From: Candidatus Rokubacteria bacterium RIFCSPLOWO2_02_FULL_73_56
Lineage (GTDB): Bacteria > Methylomirabilota > Methylomirabilia > Rokubacteriales > CSP1-6
Direction: 5' to 3'
Length of the DNA: 64,000 nt
Assembly (NCBI GenBank): GCA_001788495.1
Contig: MGCF01000006.1
Span: forward strand, 2,106-66,105
Shown: one piece after another, positions 52,960 to 63,485 of the stretch
Numbering within the stretch: the stretch's first letter is position 1
Layout of the letters: the number at the start of each line of letters is the position of its first letter
Program-made: the position numbers and the translations under genes
The notes under the pieces: generated by a model
The model's database searches: none
What the model was told of the DNA's origin: nothing
The model's input: only the letters and a program-made list of their open reading frames with translations

Positions 52960-54284
52960 GCGAGCGCCAGCCCCTCGCGGATCCGCCCCGCGACCAGGTG
53001 CCGCGCGTCGGCCGGCAGCCCCGGCAGGGCCACGCCGGGCGCGGTCACGACGAAGACGCGCGTGGGGGTGCCGAGCGCCTGCAGGTGGCGGATCAGCTCG
53101 CGGCGCGGCGCGTCCCACGCGAGCAGCACGCACACGCAGCCGCTCAGCGTGCCGACGCGCTCGAGCACCGCGGTGTGGAGCGCGCGGAACGGCCTGTCGC
53201 GGCACACGCCGACGCTCGCCAGCACCTCGAGCATCCGGTCCGTGTGGCCGAGCCCGCGGCCGGCGGTGAAGCAGTACGCCTCGGGGCCCACGAACATGAG
53301 GTCGAGCAGCGACTCCTGCGTGTCGATCGAGACCGCGATCGACGCGGCGACGGAAACCGCCTCCTCGAACGCCGGCTCGCCGTCCGCGGCGCCGAACGTG
53401 TCGAGCACGAGCGCGTGGCGCACGAAGAACTCGTCGAGGTATTCCTTCACCACCGGCTTGCCGACGCGCGCCCAGCTCTTCCAGTGGATGCGCCGGAGCG
53501 GGTCGCCCGGGCGGTAGTCGCGCAGCGCGACGAACTCCTCCGAGTCGCCGACCGACGACGCGAGCGCGACGCCGCCCGGCTGGTACTTGCGGGTGCCCGG
53601 CAGCCCGATGTCGGGCACCGGATAGCGCCGCGGCAGCACGACGAGCGACTGCGGCAGCGGCAGCCGCCGGAGCGCCTGCACGAGGCCGAGCGGGTCGGGG
53701 CGCGCGATCGTCACCGCAGCGAACCGGAGCCGCCCGCGGCGCATCGGCGTGACCTCCACGCGCACCTCCACCTCGTCCCGCGGCGGCAGCGGCGGCACCG
53801 GGCGCCGCGGGATCACGGCGCCCCGGTTGCGCGCGACGAGCCACATCCAGCGAGGGTAGCCGACGGTGCGGTCGAACCAGTTGCGCCGCTCCTCGCCGGG
53901 CTCGCGCGCGCGCGTGAACTCCTCGAAGGACGGGCGCGGGTCGGCCAGGTCGTCGAGCAGCACGAGGCCCTCCTGGCGCGCGTCGGTCTCGTTCGTGAGC
54001 ACGACGCGGTACGTGACCGGCTGGCCGGCGGTGGCGAAGCGCGGCAGGACGCGGCGCGCCGAGAGCCGCGCGCGGAAGGTCGCGCTCGCCGCCGTGGCGA
54101 GCACGAGCAGCGCGCCCAGGAGCGCGAACACCTGGGAGCCGAGCGTGCGGTTGGTGTCGAGCCCGACGACCGCGGCCGCCCCGAACGCCGCGAGCGCGAG
54201 CCGCCCGGCGGGCGTGAGCCGCCGGCCGAGCCGGTGCTGGAGCGAGGAGACCGACCGGAACCAGCGGTACCAGACTCGCCGCAT
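52956..54284 (-). CDS. DUF58 (vWA-like) protein, MoxR partner.
   Basis: 'GDSEEFVALRDYRPGDPLRRIHWKSWARVGKPVVKEY' is the DUF58 signature. Positioned between MoxR and TgpA. Confidence 0.8.
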   Translation of the reverse strand: MRRVWYRWFRSVSSLQHRLGRRLTPAGRLALAAFGAAAVVGLDTNRTLGSQVFALLGALLVLATAASATFRARLSARRVLPRFATAGQPVTYRVVLTNETDARQEGLVLLDDLADPRPSFEEFTRAREPGEERRNWFDRTVGYPRWMWLVARNRGAVIPRRPVPPLPPRDEVEVRVEVTPMRRGRLRFAAVTIARPDPLGLVQALRRLPLPQSLVVLPRRYPVPDIGLPGTRKYQPGGVALASSVGDSEEFVALRDYRPGDPLRRIHWKSWARVGKPVVKEYLDEFFVRHALVLDTFGAADGEPAFEEAVSVAASIAVSIDTQESLLDLMFVGPEAYCFTAGRGLGHTDRMLEVLASVGVCRDRPFRALHTAVLERVGTLSGCVCVLLAWDAPRRELIRHLQALGTPTRVFVVTAPGVALPGLPADARHLVAGRIREGLALA

Positions 54285-54293
54285 GGCGCCCCG

Positions 54294-55232
54294 CTAGACC
54301 GGCACCGGCACCTTCTTGAGGATCTCCTCGACGACCGAGGCGGTGGTGACGCCCGAGAAGCGCGCCTGGGGGTCGACGACCATGCGGTGGGCGACGACCG
54401 ACACGGCGATCTCCTGGACGTCCTCGGGGATCACGAACTCGCGGCCCTCGAGCAGGGCGAGGGCCTGGGCGGCCTTCATGAGCGCGAGCGAGGCGCGCGG
54501 GCTCGCACCGAGCTGCACGCCCTCGGCCGAGCGCGTCGCGCTCACGACGTCGACGACGTAGCGCTTGAGCTCGTCGGTCATCCGCACCGCCGCCACGCTC
54601 TCCCGCACGCCGAGCATGTCCGCCAGGGACACGCACGGCGTCACGTCGTCGATCGGGTGCCGCCGCGCCTGCGCCGAGAGGATCGCCACTTCCTCCTCGG
54701 GCGCGACGTAGCCGAGGCTGAACTGCAGGGCGAAGCGGTCCATCTGCGCCTCGGGGAGCGGGTACGTGCCGCGGAACTCCACCGGGTTCTGGGTCGCGAT
54801 GACGAAGAACAGCTCCTCGAGCCGGTAGGACTGGCCCTCGATCGAGACCTGCCCCTCGGCCATCGCCTCGAGCAGCGCCGACTGCGTCCGCGGCGAGGCG
54901 CGGTTGATCTCGTCGGCGAGCAGGATGTTGGTGAAGACCGGGCCCTCGTGGAAGTGGAAGGCGTGGTCGCGCTGGTCGTAGACGGACACGCCGAGGATGT
55001 CCGAGGGCAGGAGGTCGGGCGTGAACTGCACGCGCTTGAACGTGGCTCCGATCGAGCGGGCGAGCGCCTTGGCGAGCGTGGTCTTGCCCGTGCCCGGGTA
55101 GTCCTCGAGCAGGACGTGCCCGCCGCTGGCGAAGGCGGCCAGGAGCTTGCGGACCGCCGACGACTGCCCCTTGATGACGGTCTCGATGCTCGCGGCGAGC
55201 TTCGCGCAGACCTCCCGGGGCGGCAGGCTCAT
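54294..55232 (-). CDS. MoxR-family AAA+ ATPase.
   Basis: 'GHVLLEDYPGTGKTTLAKALARSIG' Walker A; '...LLADEINRASPRTQSALLEAM...' sensor/arginine region. Confidence 0.85.
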   Translation of the reverse strand: MSLPPREVCAKLAASIETVIKGQSSAVRKLLAAFASGGHVLLEDYPGTGKTTLAKALARSIGATFKRVQFTPDLLPSDILGVSVYDQRDHAFHFHEGPVFTNILLADEINRASPRTQSALLEAMAEGQVSIEGQSYRLEELFFVIATQNPVEFRGTYPLPEAQMDRFALQFSLGYVAPEEEVAILSAQARRHPIDDVTPCVSLADMLGVRESVAAVRMTDELKRYVVDVVSATRSAEGVQLGASPRASLALMKAAQALALLEGREFVIPEDVQEIAVSVVAHRMVVDPQARFSGVTTASVVEEILKKVPVPV

Positions 55233-55242
55233 GGCTCCAACT

Positions 55243-55483
55243 CTACCCCGACCGGCGCAGGGCGGCGATCATATCCAGCACCCGCAGGATCTCGCGCCCT
55301 CGCGGTCCACGACGAACGTCGAGCGGTAGGCGACGTTGCGCTCGGCGTCGAGCACCGGGAAGGCGCGGAGGGCCGTGCGGTGGACGTCGGCCAGGAGCGG
55401 GAACGGCAGGGCCCGCGCCCGCGCGAACGCGGCGTGGCAGAACGGGCGGAACCCGGGGGCGGCGTGGCCGAAGCGCAGGCCGG
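55243..55483 (-). pseudogene. Remnant of a Bcp/peroxiredoxin (AhpC/TSA family): C-terminal about 75 aa only, with a frameshift.
   Basis: Reverse-strand frames give 'GHAAPGFRPFCHAAFARARALPFPLLADVHRTALRAFPV...DAERNVAYRSTFVVDREG' then, in the +1 frame, 'REILRVLDMIAALRRSG*'. No N-terminal CxxxxC half is present (the space is occupied by the crotonase gene). Confidence 0.35.
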
Positions 55484-56290
55484 TCACGCCGGCGGGTCCT
55501 CGAACCGCGGTGGGCGCCGCTCGAGGTTGGCGCGGACGGCCTCGGCGTGGTTGGCGCCATCGAGCAGCGCGCGCTGCACGCGCTCCTCCAGGCGCAGGCC
55601 CTCCTCGAGGCCCGCGGTCACGGCACGCTGGAGCAGGCGCTTGCCGGCGCGGACCGCGTCGGGCGACCGGGCGGCGAGCTCGCGCGCGAGCTCGAGCGCG
55701 GTCGCGCGCGGCGTCGCGGAGAGCCGCGTCGCCAGGCCGAGCGCGACCGCCTCGGTGCCTGTGACGACCCGGCCGGTCAGCGCCAGCTCCTTCAGCACGT
55801 CGAGCCGCACGAGGTGGCGGAGCGTCTGCGTGCCGGTCATGTCGGGGACGAGCCCCCAGCGGACCTCCATGACCGAGAGCTGCGCGTCCGGCGCGACCAG
55901 GCGGATGTCGGCGGCGAGCGCGATCTGCAGCCCGCCGCCGAAGCACGCGCCGTGCACCGCGGCGATCACCGGCACGGGCAGCTCCGCCCAGACCCACGCC
56001 GCCTGCTGGGCGAAGGTGGCGACCTCGCCGGGCTCGCGCGCGAGCAGGTCCCGCACGGCGCGGCCCTCGGCCCGCGCCGCCGCGAAGCTCGCGAAGTCGA
56101 GGCCCGCCGAGAACGCGCGCCCCTCGCCGGAGAGCACGACGGCGCGCAGCGCGCGGTCGCCGGCGAGGGCCCGCCCCGTCGCCACGAGCGCCTCGAACAT
56201 GGCCGCGTCGAGGCCGTTCAGCTTGTCCGGCCGGTTGAGCCGCACGTCGGCCACGCCGGCGTGCCGCGCGACGCTGACGCGCTCGCTCAC
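55484..56290 (-). CDS. Enoyl-CoA hydratase/isomerase (crotonase) family protein.
   Basis: 'VADVRLNRPDKLNGLD...VVLSGEGRAFSAGLDF...AAVHGACFGGGLQIALAADIRL'. GTG start overlapping the cupin gene stop (GTGA). Confidence 0.8.
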   Translation of the reverse strand: MSERVSVARHAGVADVRLNRPDKLNGLDAAMFEALVATGRALAGDRALRAVVLSGEGRAFSAGLDFASFAAARAEGRAVRDLLAREPGEVATFAQQAAWVWAELPVPVIAAVHGACFGGGLQIALAADIRLVAPDAQLSVMEVRWGLVPDMTGTQTLRHLVRLDVLKELALTGRVVTGTEAVALGLATRLSATPRATALELARELAARSPDAVRAGKRLLQRAVTAGLEEGLRLEERVQRALLDGANHAEAVRANLERRPPRFEDPPA

Positions 56291-56568
56291 GGGGCTTTCC
56301 ACTCGATCTCGACGAAGGCGAACTCGAAGGGGTTCGCGTTCTTGACGTCGTGCTCGACCCCCGCGGGGCGGAAGTACGCGCGGCCCGTGCGCAGGTCGGC
56401 CGGGGCGACGCCGTCGGGCCCCACGACCTCGAGGCGGCCCGTCGAGAGCGGCACCACCACGTAGGGATGCTCGTGACGGTGCCGGCCGGTCGTGGCGCCG
56501 GGCGCGAACCGCCACTCCGTGACGCGGACGCTCGCGTTGTCGATCTGGACCGTGGCCACGGCGCGCAT
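56287..56568 (-). CDS. Cupin-domain protein (93 aa).
   Basis: 'HRHEHPYVVVPLSTGRLEV...YFRPAGVEHDVKNA' has two His-containing cupin motifs. Confidence 0.6.
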   Translation of the reverse strand: MRAVATVQIDNASVRVTEWRFAPGATTGRHRHEHPYVVVPLSTGRLEVVGPDGVAPADLRTGRAYFRPAGVEHDVKNANPFEFAFVEIEWKAP

Positions 56569-56616
56569 CGCGGAGGCTACGGTAGCACGCCGCGACGGGG
56601 AGCGGTGACGCGCGCG

Positions 56617-57708
56617 CTACTTGTCCTTGCCCTTGCCCTTGCCGGGCCCGCCGCCGAGGACGCCGTACGCGTTCCCGCTGCCCCTGCCGCTGACGACGCC
56701 GAGCGCGTTGCCGTTACCCATCGCGCCCGGCGCCACCGCCGGCGCGCCCACGCTGCCGGCGCCCGGCACCCCCGCCGCCGCGGGCACCGTCCCGCTCGCC
56801 GCGCCCACGGTGCCGCTGCCCGGGCCGCCGCCGACCGCGCCGAAGGCGTTGCCGCCGCCGGGCACACCCGCGCCGCTCGCGCCCGACACGCCGCTCGCCG
56901 CGCCCGCCCCCGCCTCGCTGCTCGCGCTGCCGTCCACGCGTCCGCGCGCGACGCCCGCGCCCGGCGTCGCGACCGGCGGCAGCGTCCGCGTCAGGTCGCG
57001 CGCCGCGTTCGCGACGGCCGCCCGGATCAGCGGCTGCATGCTCGCCGCGGGCGCCTCCCGCGGGATCACCGAGAAGCTGCGCCCGAGGCCGCCGGCGGCC
57101 TCACGGGGGATCGTCCGCACGGGCGACAGCGCGCGCGTCACGCCGATCTGCTGGAGCGCGCCGACGTCCACCGGCCGGCCGACGGGTCGGCCCGCCGCGT
57201 CGAGCCGCGTCACGTCGATGAGGCCGCGCAGCACGGTGATCGTCGAGGCGGGCCCGCCGTCGCCCGACACGACCTCGGCGACGACGACCGTGCCGCGGAT
57301 CGCGGCGACCGCGTTCGGCGTGCGGATCTCGACGACCTCGCCCTGCCGCATCCGGGTCTTGTCCACGGCGACGGCGATCTTGCCCTCGGCGAGGCTCACG
57401 GTGGAGGTCCCGGGGCGCTCGGTGATGACGAGCACCGAGTGCTCGCGCGCCGTGACGGTCGCCTTGCCCCCGAGCAGGATGCGCACGACCGAGCGCTCGC
57501 CCGTCGTGATCCGGTCGCGCACGAAGACGTCGTCCCTGAACTTGAGCGGGGCGGGCTCGGCGACGGCGGTCCGCTCGACGGTCGCCGTGCCCTGGAGCGA
57601 GGCGACGACGCCGACCGGCCTCGTCTCCGTCGAGCCCGGGCCGCAGAGCGCGAGCGTGGCAAGCGTCGCCAGGATGGTCGGCCGAACGGCCCGTCTGAGC
57701 ATCGTCAT
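56617..57708 (-). CDS. FecR-domain secreted protein with Gly/Ala-rich low-complexity C-terminus.
   Basis: Signal peptide 'MTMLRRAVRPTILATLATLALCGPGS', the FecR-like 'VTAREHSVLVITERPGTSTVSLAEGKIAVAV', then about 120 aa of G/A/S/V-rich tail ending in KGKGKDK. Confidence 0.55.
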   Translation of the reverse strand: MTMLRRAVRPTILATLATLALCGPGSTETRPVGVVASLQGTATVERTAVAEPAPLKFRDDVFVRDRITTGERSVVRILLGGKATVTAREHSVLVITERPGTSTVSLAEGKIAVAVDKTRMRQGEVVEIRTPNAVAAIRGTVVVAEVVSGDGGPASTITVLRGLIDVTRLDAAGRPVGRPVDVGALQQIGVTRALSPVRTIPREAAGGLGRSFSVIPREAPAASMQPLIRAAVANAARDLTRTLPPVATPGAGVARGRVDGSASSEAGAGAASGVSGASGAGVPGGGNAFGAVGGGPGSGTVGAASGTVPAAAGVPGAGSVGAPAVAPGAMGNGNALGVVSGRGSGNAYGVLGGGPGKGKGKDK

Positions 57709-58030
57709 GGGATCCCTCCGCCGGGGCGTCCGCCCCGCGTCGCCGAGAGGCCGGAATTCGCTGGCCGAAAAGGAAGCAATTCCACTGCCACCGGGATTCC
57801 GGAATCCGGCGCGAGCCCGCCGCCGGGCGGGGCGGCGTTTTCGTCCGCCGTTCCGCCGCGTTCGGCGTGCGCTCGTCCGGGACCGCCCCCGTCCCGGCCG
57901 GCGCCGGCAGGGCCGTGCCGGCCGTCGCGCGCGCCGCGCTGGACGGCCTGGCAACGCGGGCTGCCACGATGGCCCGGCGCGGGGCGCGGTATAGTTTCCG
58001 GACACGGGGCTCACCGACACGGGAGGGACG

Positions 58031-59161
58031 ATGCTGCCGCTCGAGGGGATCAAGGTGGTCGAGATCGCGCAGAACCTCGCGGGCCCCTACGCCGGGGAGA
58101 TCCTGGCGGCGCTCGGGGCCGACGTGGTCAAGGTGGAGCGCCCGGAGGGCGGCGACGACGCGCGCGGCTGGGGTCCGCCGTTCTGGCGGGGCACCTCGCC
58201 CGCGTTCCTCACGATGAACAGCGACAAGCGCTCGATCACCCTCGACCTCAAGGACCCCGCGGCGGTCGCCTGGCTCACGGCCTACCTCGGCGACGCCGAC
58301 GTCCTCGTGCAGAACCTGCGGCCGGGCGTCCTCGAGGCGTTCGGGCTCGGCCCCGAGGCGCTGCTGGCGAAGTATCCGCGCCTCGTCTACTGCTCGCTCT
58401 GGGCGTTCGGCCGGACGGGGCCGCTGCGCCTCAGACCCGGCTACGAGCCGATGGTCCAGGCGTTCGCCGGGCTCATGACCGTGAACGGCGACGAGGGCGG
58501 GCCGCCGACGCGGATCGGCACCTCGATCCTCGACTACGGCACCGGGATGTGGACGGCGATCGGGACGCTCGCGGCGCTGGTGCGCCGCCAGCAGACGGGG
58601 CGTGGCGGCGTCGTGGACGCCTCGCTGTTCGAGACCGCGCTCGCGTGGCTCACCGGCCACTACACCGCGTACCGGATCACCGGCGAGCTGCCCGTCCCCC
58701 ACCGCAGCGGCAGCCGGCGGCTGGTGGTCTTCCAGGCCTTCGAGGCGAAGGACGGCCCGGTCATCGTCGCCGCCGGCAACGACCGGCTCTTCGCCAAGCT
58801 CGCCGAGGCGCTCGGCCGGCCCGACTGGGCGCAGGACGCGCGCTTCGCGACGAACGCCGCGCGGGTGACGAACCGCGCGGCGCTGATCCCCGAGATCGAG
58901 GCGATCGTGCGCACCCGCACGAAGGCGGAGTGGCTCGAGCGCCTGGAGCAGGCCGGGGTGCCGTGCGCGCCGATCCAGAACCTCGCCGAGGTGCTGGCCG
59001 AGCCGCAGACCGGGGCGACGGGGATGCTCCAGCCCGTGCCCGAGCTCGGGCTCGAGCTGCTGGGGCTGCCGCTGTCCTTCGACGGCGAGCGGCCGCCGAT
59101 CCGGCGCCGGGCGCCGCACCTCGGCGAGCACAACGGCGAGATCCTCGGCGAGCGCGGCTGA
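58031..59161 (+). CDS. CoA-transferase family III (CaiB/BaiF) protein.
   Basis: 'MLPLEGIKVVEIAQNLAGPYAGEILAALGADVVKVERPEGGDDAR...' is a canonical family III N-terminus; 376 aa. Confidence 0.85.
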   Translation: MLPLEGIKVVEIAQNLAGPYAGEILAALGADVVKVERPEGGDDARGWGPPFWRGTSPAFLTMNSDKRSITLDLKDPAAVAWLTAYLGDADVLVQNLRPGVLEAFGLGPEALLAKYPRLVYCSLWAFGRTGPLRLRPGYEPMVQAFAGLMTVNGDEGGPPTRIGTSILDYGTGMWTAIGTLAALVRRQQTGRGGVVDASLFETALAWLTGHYTAYRITGELPVPHRSGSRRLVVFQAFEAKDGPVIVAAGNDRLFAKLAEALGRPDWAQDARFATNAARVTNRAALIPEIEAIVRTRTKAEWLERLEQAGVPCAPIQNLAEVLAEPQTGATGMLQPVPELGLELLGLPLSFDGERPPIRRRAPHLGEHNGEILGERG

Positions 59162-59385
59162 GCGCCCGCCCTAGCGCGCATTATTCACGAACGGTCAGCG
59201 CGCGAGCCGGGCAGGGCCTGTCGCAGGGTGCGGTCCTCGCGGGGCCGGCGCCGTCACCCATTCGCCCGAACGCCGCGCTGCGCGCGGCGGACGGGACGAA
59301 GGGGGCCCACAGCGCGCGGCCCCGCGAGGGCCGCACCCTGCGCCACCCGCCCGGTCGTGCCAGCGCCGTTCGCGAATAACGCGCG

Positions 59386-59886
59386 CTAGCGCGCCGACGC
59401 GCTCGAGAGCGCGACGACCGCGTCGCCGGCGCGCAGCGTGGCGTCCCAGCCGATCGCGATCGCGCCCTTGACGCTCTCGTGGGCGGGGCAGCCCTGCGGG
59501 TGCACGGCGAGCGCGCGCTCGGCGGCCTCGCGCGCCTCCGCCGGCACGCTGAGATCGTAGTGGACCTGGATCGACGCGATGCGGATCGTCGTGCCCGTGC
59601 CGACGATGCGCCCGTCCACCGTCGCCGTGTACGCGCTCCGGTCGAACGTGATCTTGCGCCCTGCCAGGGCGCCGGCCAGCGTGCCGTACATTCAGCCGGC
59701 CACCGCCGCCACGATGTGATCGAGCGTCGAGGCCACCGGCGGGCCCGCCTTGACGCCGTAGTACGCGCGGAGCGCGCCCTGCACGCCGTAGACGACCGGC
59801 TCCGGGACCTCGCCCAGCCACGCGTTGCGGAAGCCGCCGCGGTACTCGAGGCGGGCGTGCGAGACGTACTCGAACTCCTGGCTCAT
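59386..59886 (-). CDS. OsmC/Ohr-family peroxiredoxin-like protein with an in-frame TGA (59692-59694) at the catalytic Cys position: candidate selenoprotein (Sec-OsmC), alternatively a pseudogene.
   Basis: The two listed ORFs (59692.. and 59386..59691) are one reading frame: 'MSQEFEYVSH...STLDHIVAAVAG-TGA-MYGTLAGALAGRKITFDRSAYTATVDGRI...AVHPQGCPAHESVKGAIAI'. This aligns with OsmC 'AAHAACFSMAL', putting the TGA exactly where the peroxidatic Cys sits. A second conserved Cys ('GCPAHES') is present. Strong GAGGAGGAGGAGG RBS before the ATG at 59886. Confidence 0.55.
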
Positions 59887-59915
59887 GCGGTCCTCCTCCT
59901 CCTCGTCGGTCGGCT

Positions 59916-60485
59916 CTACGCCGCCTTGACCGTCAGCACCGGGCACGGCGCCATCCGGATCACGCGATCGGCGACGCTCCCCACGAGGAGGCGATGGACC
60001 TCGCCGCGCCCGTGCGTGGCGAGCAGCACGAGGTCCGCCTGCTCCTCCTTCGCGGCGGCGACGACCTCGCGGTAGGGCACGCCGACGCGCAGGAGCGTGC
60101 GCACCCGGCAACCGGCCGCGCGCCCGGCGTCGGCCCACTCCTCGAGCTTCCTGGCCCACTCGCGCCCCGCGGCGGAGAACTCGCGCACCCGCTCGCCCGC
60201 GAGGGGCCCGGCGAAGACGCGCCCGGGCGGCGGCACCTCGCCTTCCTCGTCGGCGCGCGGGATCCCGAGCTGGTGCTCCGCCTGCAGCGCCCGCAGCTCC
60301 GCGCGCAACTCCTCGGTCTGCAGCCGGACCTCGGTGTCGATCGGCGTGGCAGGCAGGACGTGCAGCAGCACCAGCTCGGCCCCGAAGCTCGGGGCGAGCC
60401 GCTGCGCCAGGCTCCAGGCCTTCTCCGACCCGAGGGAGAAGTCCGTGGGCACCAGGACCCGGGTGATGCCGGAGGTCGTCGTCAT
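59916..60485 (-). CDS. Universal stress protein (UspA family).
   Basis: 'ITRVLVPTDFSLGSEKAW...LVLLATHGRGEVHRLLVGSVADRVIRMAPCPVLTVK'. Confidence 0.8.
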   Translation of the reverse strand: MTTTSGITRVLVPTDFSLGSEKAWSLAQRLAPSFGAELVLLHVLPATPIDTEVRLQTEELRAELRALQAEHQLGIPRADEEGEVPPPGRVFAGPLAGERVREFSAAGREWARKLEEWADAGRAAGCRVRTLLRVGVPYREVVAAAKEEQADLVLLATHGRGEVHRLLVGSVADRVIRMAPCPVLTVKAA

Positions 60486-60689
60486 GGCTGCGCCCTCCCT
60501 TCGTACCGAACGCTCTACGTGCATGAAGCCTGCCGCGGCACCGGAGGGCCGGGCGTCGCGGAAGTGCCCGAGCGGGCGCGCCCTCGGCGAGGCGGCGGGA
60601 CCTCCGCCCGGCGGGCGCCCTGGGGCGCGCGACCCCCGGCGGGGCGCGCATGCCACAAGCCCGGCAGGCGCGCCCCCTCGACGGCGGCC

Positions 60690-61733
60690 TCACTCGTGCG
60701 GCGCGTCGAACGGGCCCGAGATGCGCACGACCTCGTTGACGGGCCAGGCGCCGCGGCGGATCGTGACGACGAGCAGGTCGCCCGCGATCCCCGCGCGACG
60801 GGTGTCGGGCGTGACCGGGACGAAGCCGAGGCTGCGCGGGGCGTCGCCGTCGGTGAAGCGCGCGAACTCGACCGCCCGCCCCTCGGCGTCCACGGCGAGG
60901 ATCCGCTCGGCGTGGCGGTCGGCGACGAACAGGCGGCCGCCCGGGCTCAGCGCGATCCCGGCCGGCATGGGGCCGCGCAGCACGCGCCGCGCCTCGCCGT
61001 CCGCGCCGACGCGCCAGATCTCGCCGTCCGTGCGCTGCCACGGCGCGTCGGCGCTCCCGTCGCTCCCGACCCAGAGCCGGTCGGCGTCGTCCATCGCGAG
61101 CACGCGCGGCCGGGTCATGCTCGCCCAGCGCGCGTCGAGCACGCGCCCGGAGGGATCGAACCGGACGACGACGCCGCGCTGGCGGTCGGCGACGTACACC
61201 CGGCCGCTCCGGTCGACGGCCACGCCCTCGGGCTGCACGAGGAGCGGCGTGCCGCCCCGGGGCGGCGTGCCGCCCGCGAAGAGCTCGGCGCGCCCGGCGT
61301 GGAGGCGGTAGACGGCGCCGATCAGCCGGTCGCGCTCGAACGTCGTGACGAAGAGCTCGCGCCCGGCGCGCCCGGCGGACACCTGCGGGTTCCAGAGCGG
61401 CGGTCCCCAGGCGTAGCGCGCCTCGCCGCCGGGCGCGAGGCGGGCGCCGCCGGGCGGGATCCGGTAGAGCCGCAGCATGTCCACCTCGTCGCCCAGGTAG
61501 CGGCGCCCGGTCCGCGCGAGGAGCACGGCCCCGGCGTGGTCCACCGCGAGCGTCGACGTGGACGGCAGCCCGCGCGCCGCGCGCGAGGCCGCCGGGTCGA
61601 AGCCCGTGCCGGTGACGTACACCTCGGCGCTGAATCCGGGCGGGAGCGTGAGCTCGGCGCCCGCCGGCGAGGCCGGGACGAGGAGGACGGCGACGACGAG
61701 GGCACGCACCCGCACCGCGCGCGACCCCCTCAC
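60690..61733 (-). CDS. Secreted NHL-repeat / SMP-30-like beta-propeller protein.
   Basis: Signal peptide 'VRVRALVVAVLLVPASPAGA', then repeated '...GVAVD.SGRVYVAD...G.V.RFD..G' NHL-like blades. Start uncertain (GTGs at 61733, 61715 and 61709). Confidence 0.5.
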   Translation of the reverse strand: MRGSRAVRVRALVVAVLLVPASPAGAELTLPPGFSAEVYVTGTGFDPAASRAARGLPSTSTLAVDHAGAVLLARTGRRYLGDEVDMLRLYRIPPGGARLAPGGEARYAWGPPLWNPQVSAGRAGRELFVTTFERDRLIGAVYRLHAGRAELFAGGTPPRGGTPLLVQPEGVAVDRSGRVYVADRQRGVVVRFDPSGRVLDARWASMTRPRVLAMDDADRLWVGSDGSADAPWQRTDGEIWRVGADGEARRVLRGPMPAGIALSPGGRLFVADRHAERILAVDAEGRAVEFARFTDGDAPRSLGFVPVTPDTRRAGIAGDLLVVTIRRGAWPVNEVVRISGPFDAPHE

Positions 61734-61959
61734 CCGGTGGTGACGGCGGCCAGGACGGACTCCACCAGGTGCGGGAGCCCCGCGGTGTCGAGGCTTCCGT
61801 CGTCGGCGAACGGCGTCGCCAGGATGTGGAAGATGTGCGGCCAGTCGATCATCGCCGCCGGCGCCGACTATACCATGCGCGCGTCGCGCTCGGAGGGCGT
61901 GACGGAAGCGCGCACGCGCGATCCCGTTGGAGGTGTCGGCCGGGGAGTGCGAGGGGGCG

Positions 61960-62270
61960 TCAGCCCCCTCGTCGCGGCCCCGCGTTGTCGAGGAACGTCC
62001 CGGCTTTGCCGGGGCGCGACGAGCCTCCGGGGGTCTTGGAGGGCCCGTCGAGGCCCCCCATGTTCTCAGAGCCCGTGAACGAATCGCCTGGTCGAGGAGC
62101 GCCACGGCTTCGCCGCGGCGCTCCGAGCGTCGGGGGGTTTGGGGGGCCCGTCGAGGCCCCCCATGTTCTCAGAGGGCGTGAACGAATCGCCTGGTCGAGG
62201 GGCACCACGGCTGCGCCGGGGCGCCCCGAGCGCCGGGGGGTTTGGGGGGCGCCCGGAGCCCCCCATGTTC

Positions 62271-62280
<10 letters not shown>
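61960..62280. repeat. Tandem array (about 2.4-3 copies) of a 104-bp GC-rich repeat, each unit containing the perfect hairpin GGGGGGCC-CGTCGA-GGCCCCCC; array overlaps the last codons and stop of kbl.
   Basis: Units at about 62027-62130, 62131-62234 and a partial unit at 62235-62280, with a degenerate copy upstream. Conserved core '...CCCGTCGAGGCCCCCCATGTTCTCAGAG..GTGAACGAATCGCCTGGTCGAGG...'. Translations of the repeat explain the spurious Pro/Gly-rich ORFs at 62066..62266 and 61927..62181. Confidence 0.7.
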
Positions 62281-63455
<1,175 letters not shown>

Positions 63456-63485
63456 CGCCGTCCCCCTCCCCCGCCGACGCCCGCC

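Noticed and set aside
50926-56345. Plus-strand ORFs 50926..53517 and 52998..56345 (863 and 1,115 aa)
   Set aside because: Antisense to the MoxR-DUF58-TgpA and crotonase genes; Arg/Glu/Asp-rich junk.
56350-59379. 1,009-aa plus-strand ORF
   Set aside because: It spans the cupin/FecR region antisense and then runs out of frame through the CoA-transferase gene. The real plus-strand gene there is 58031..59161.
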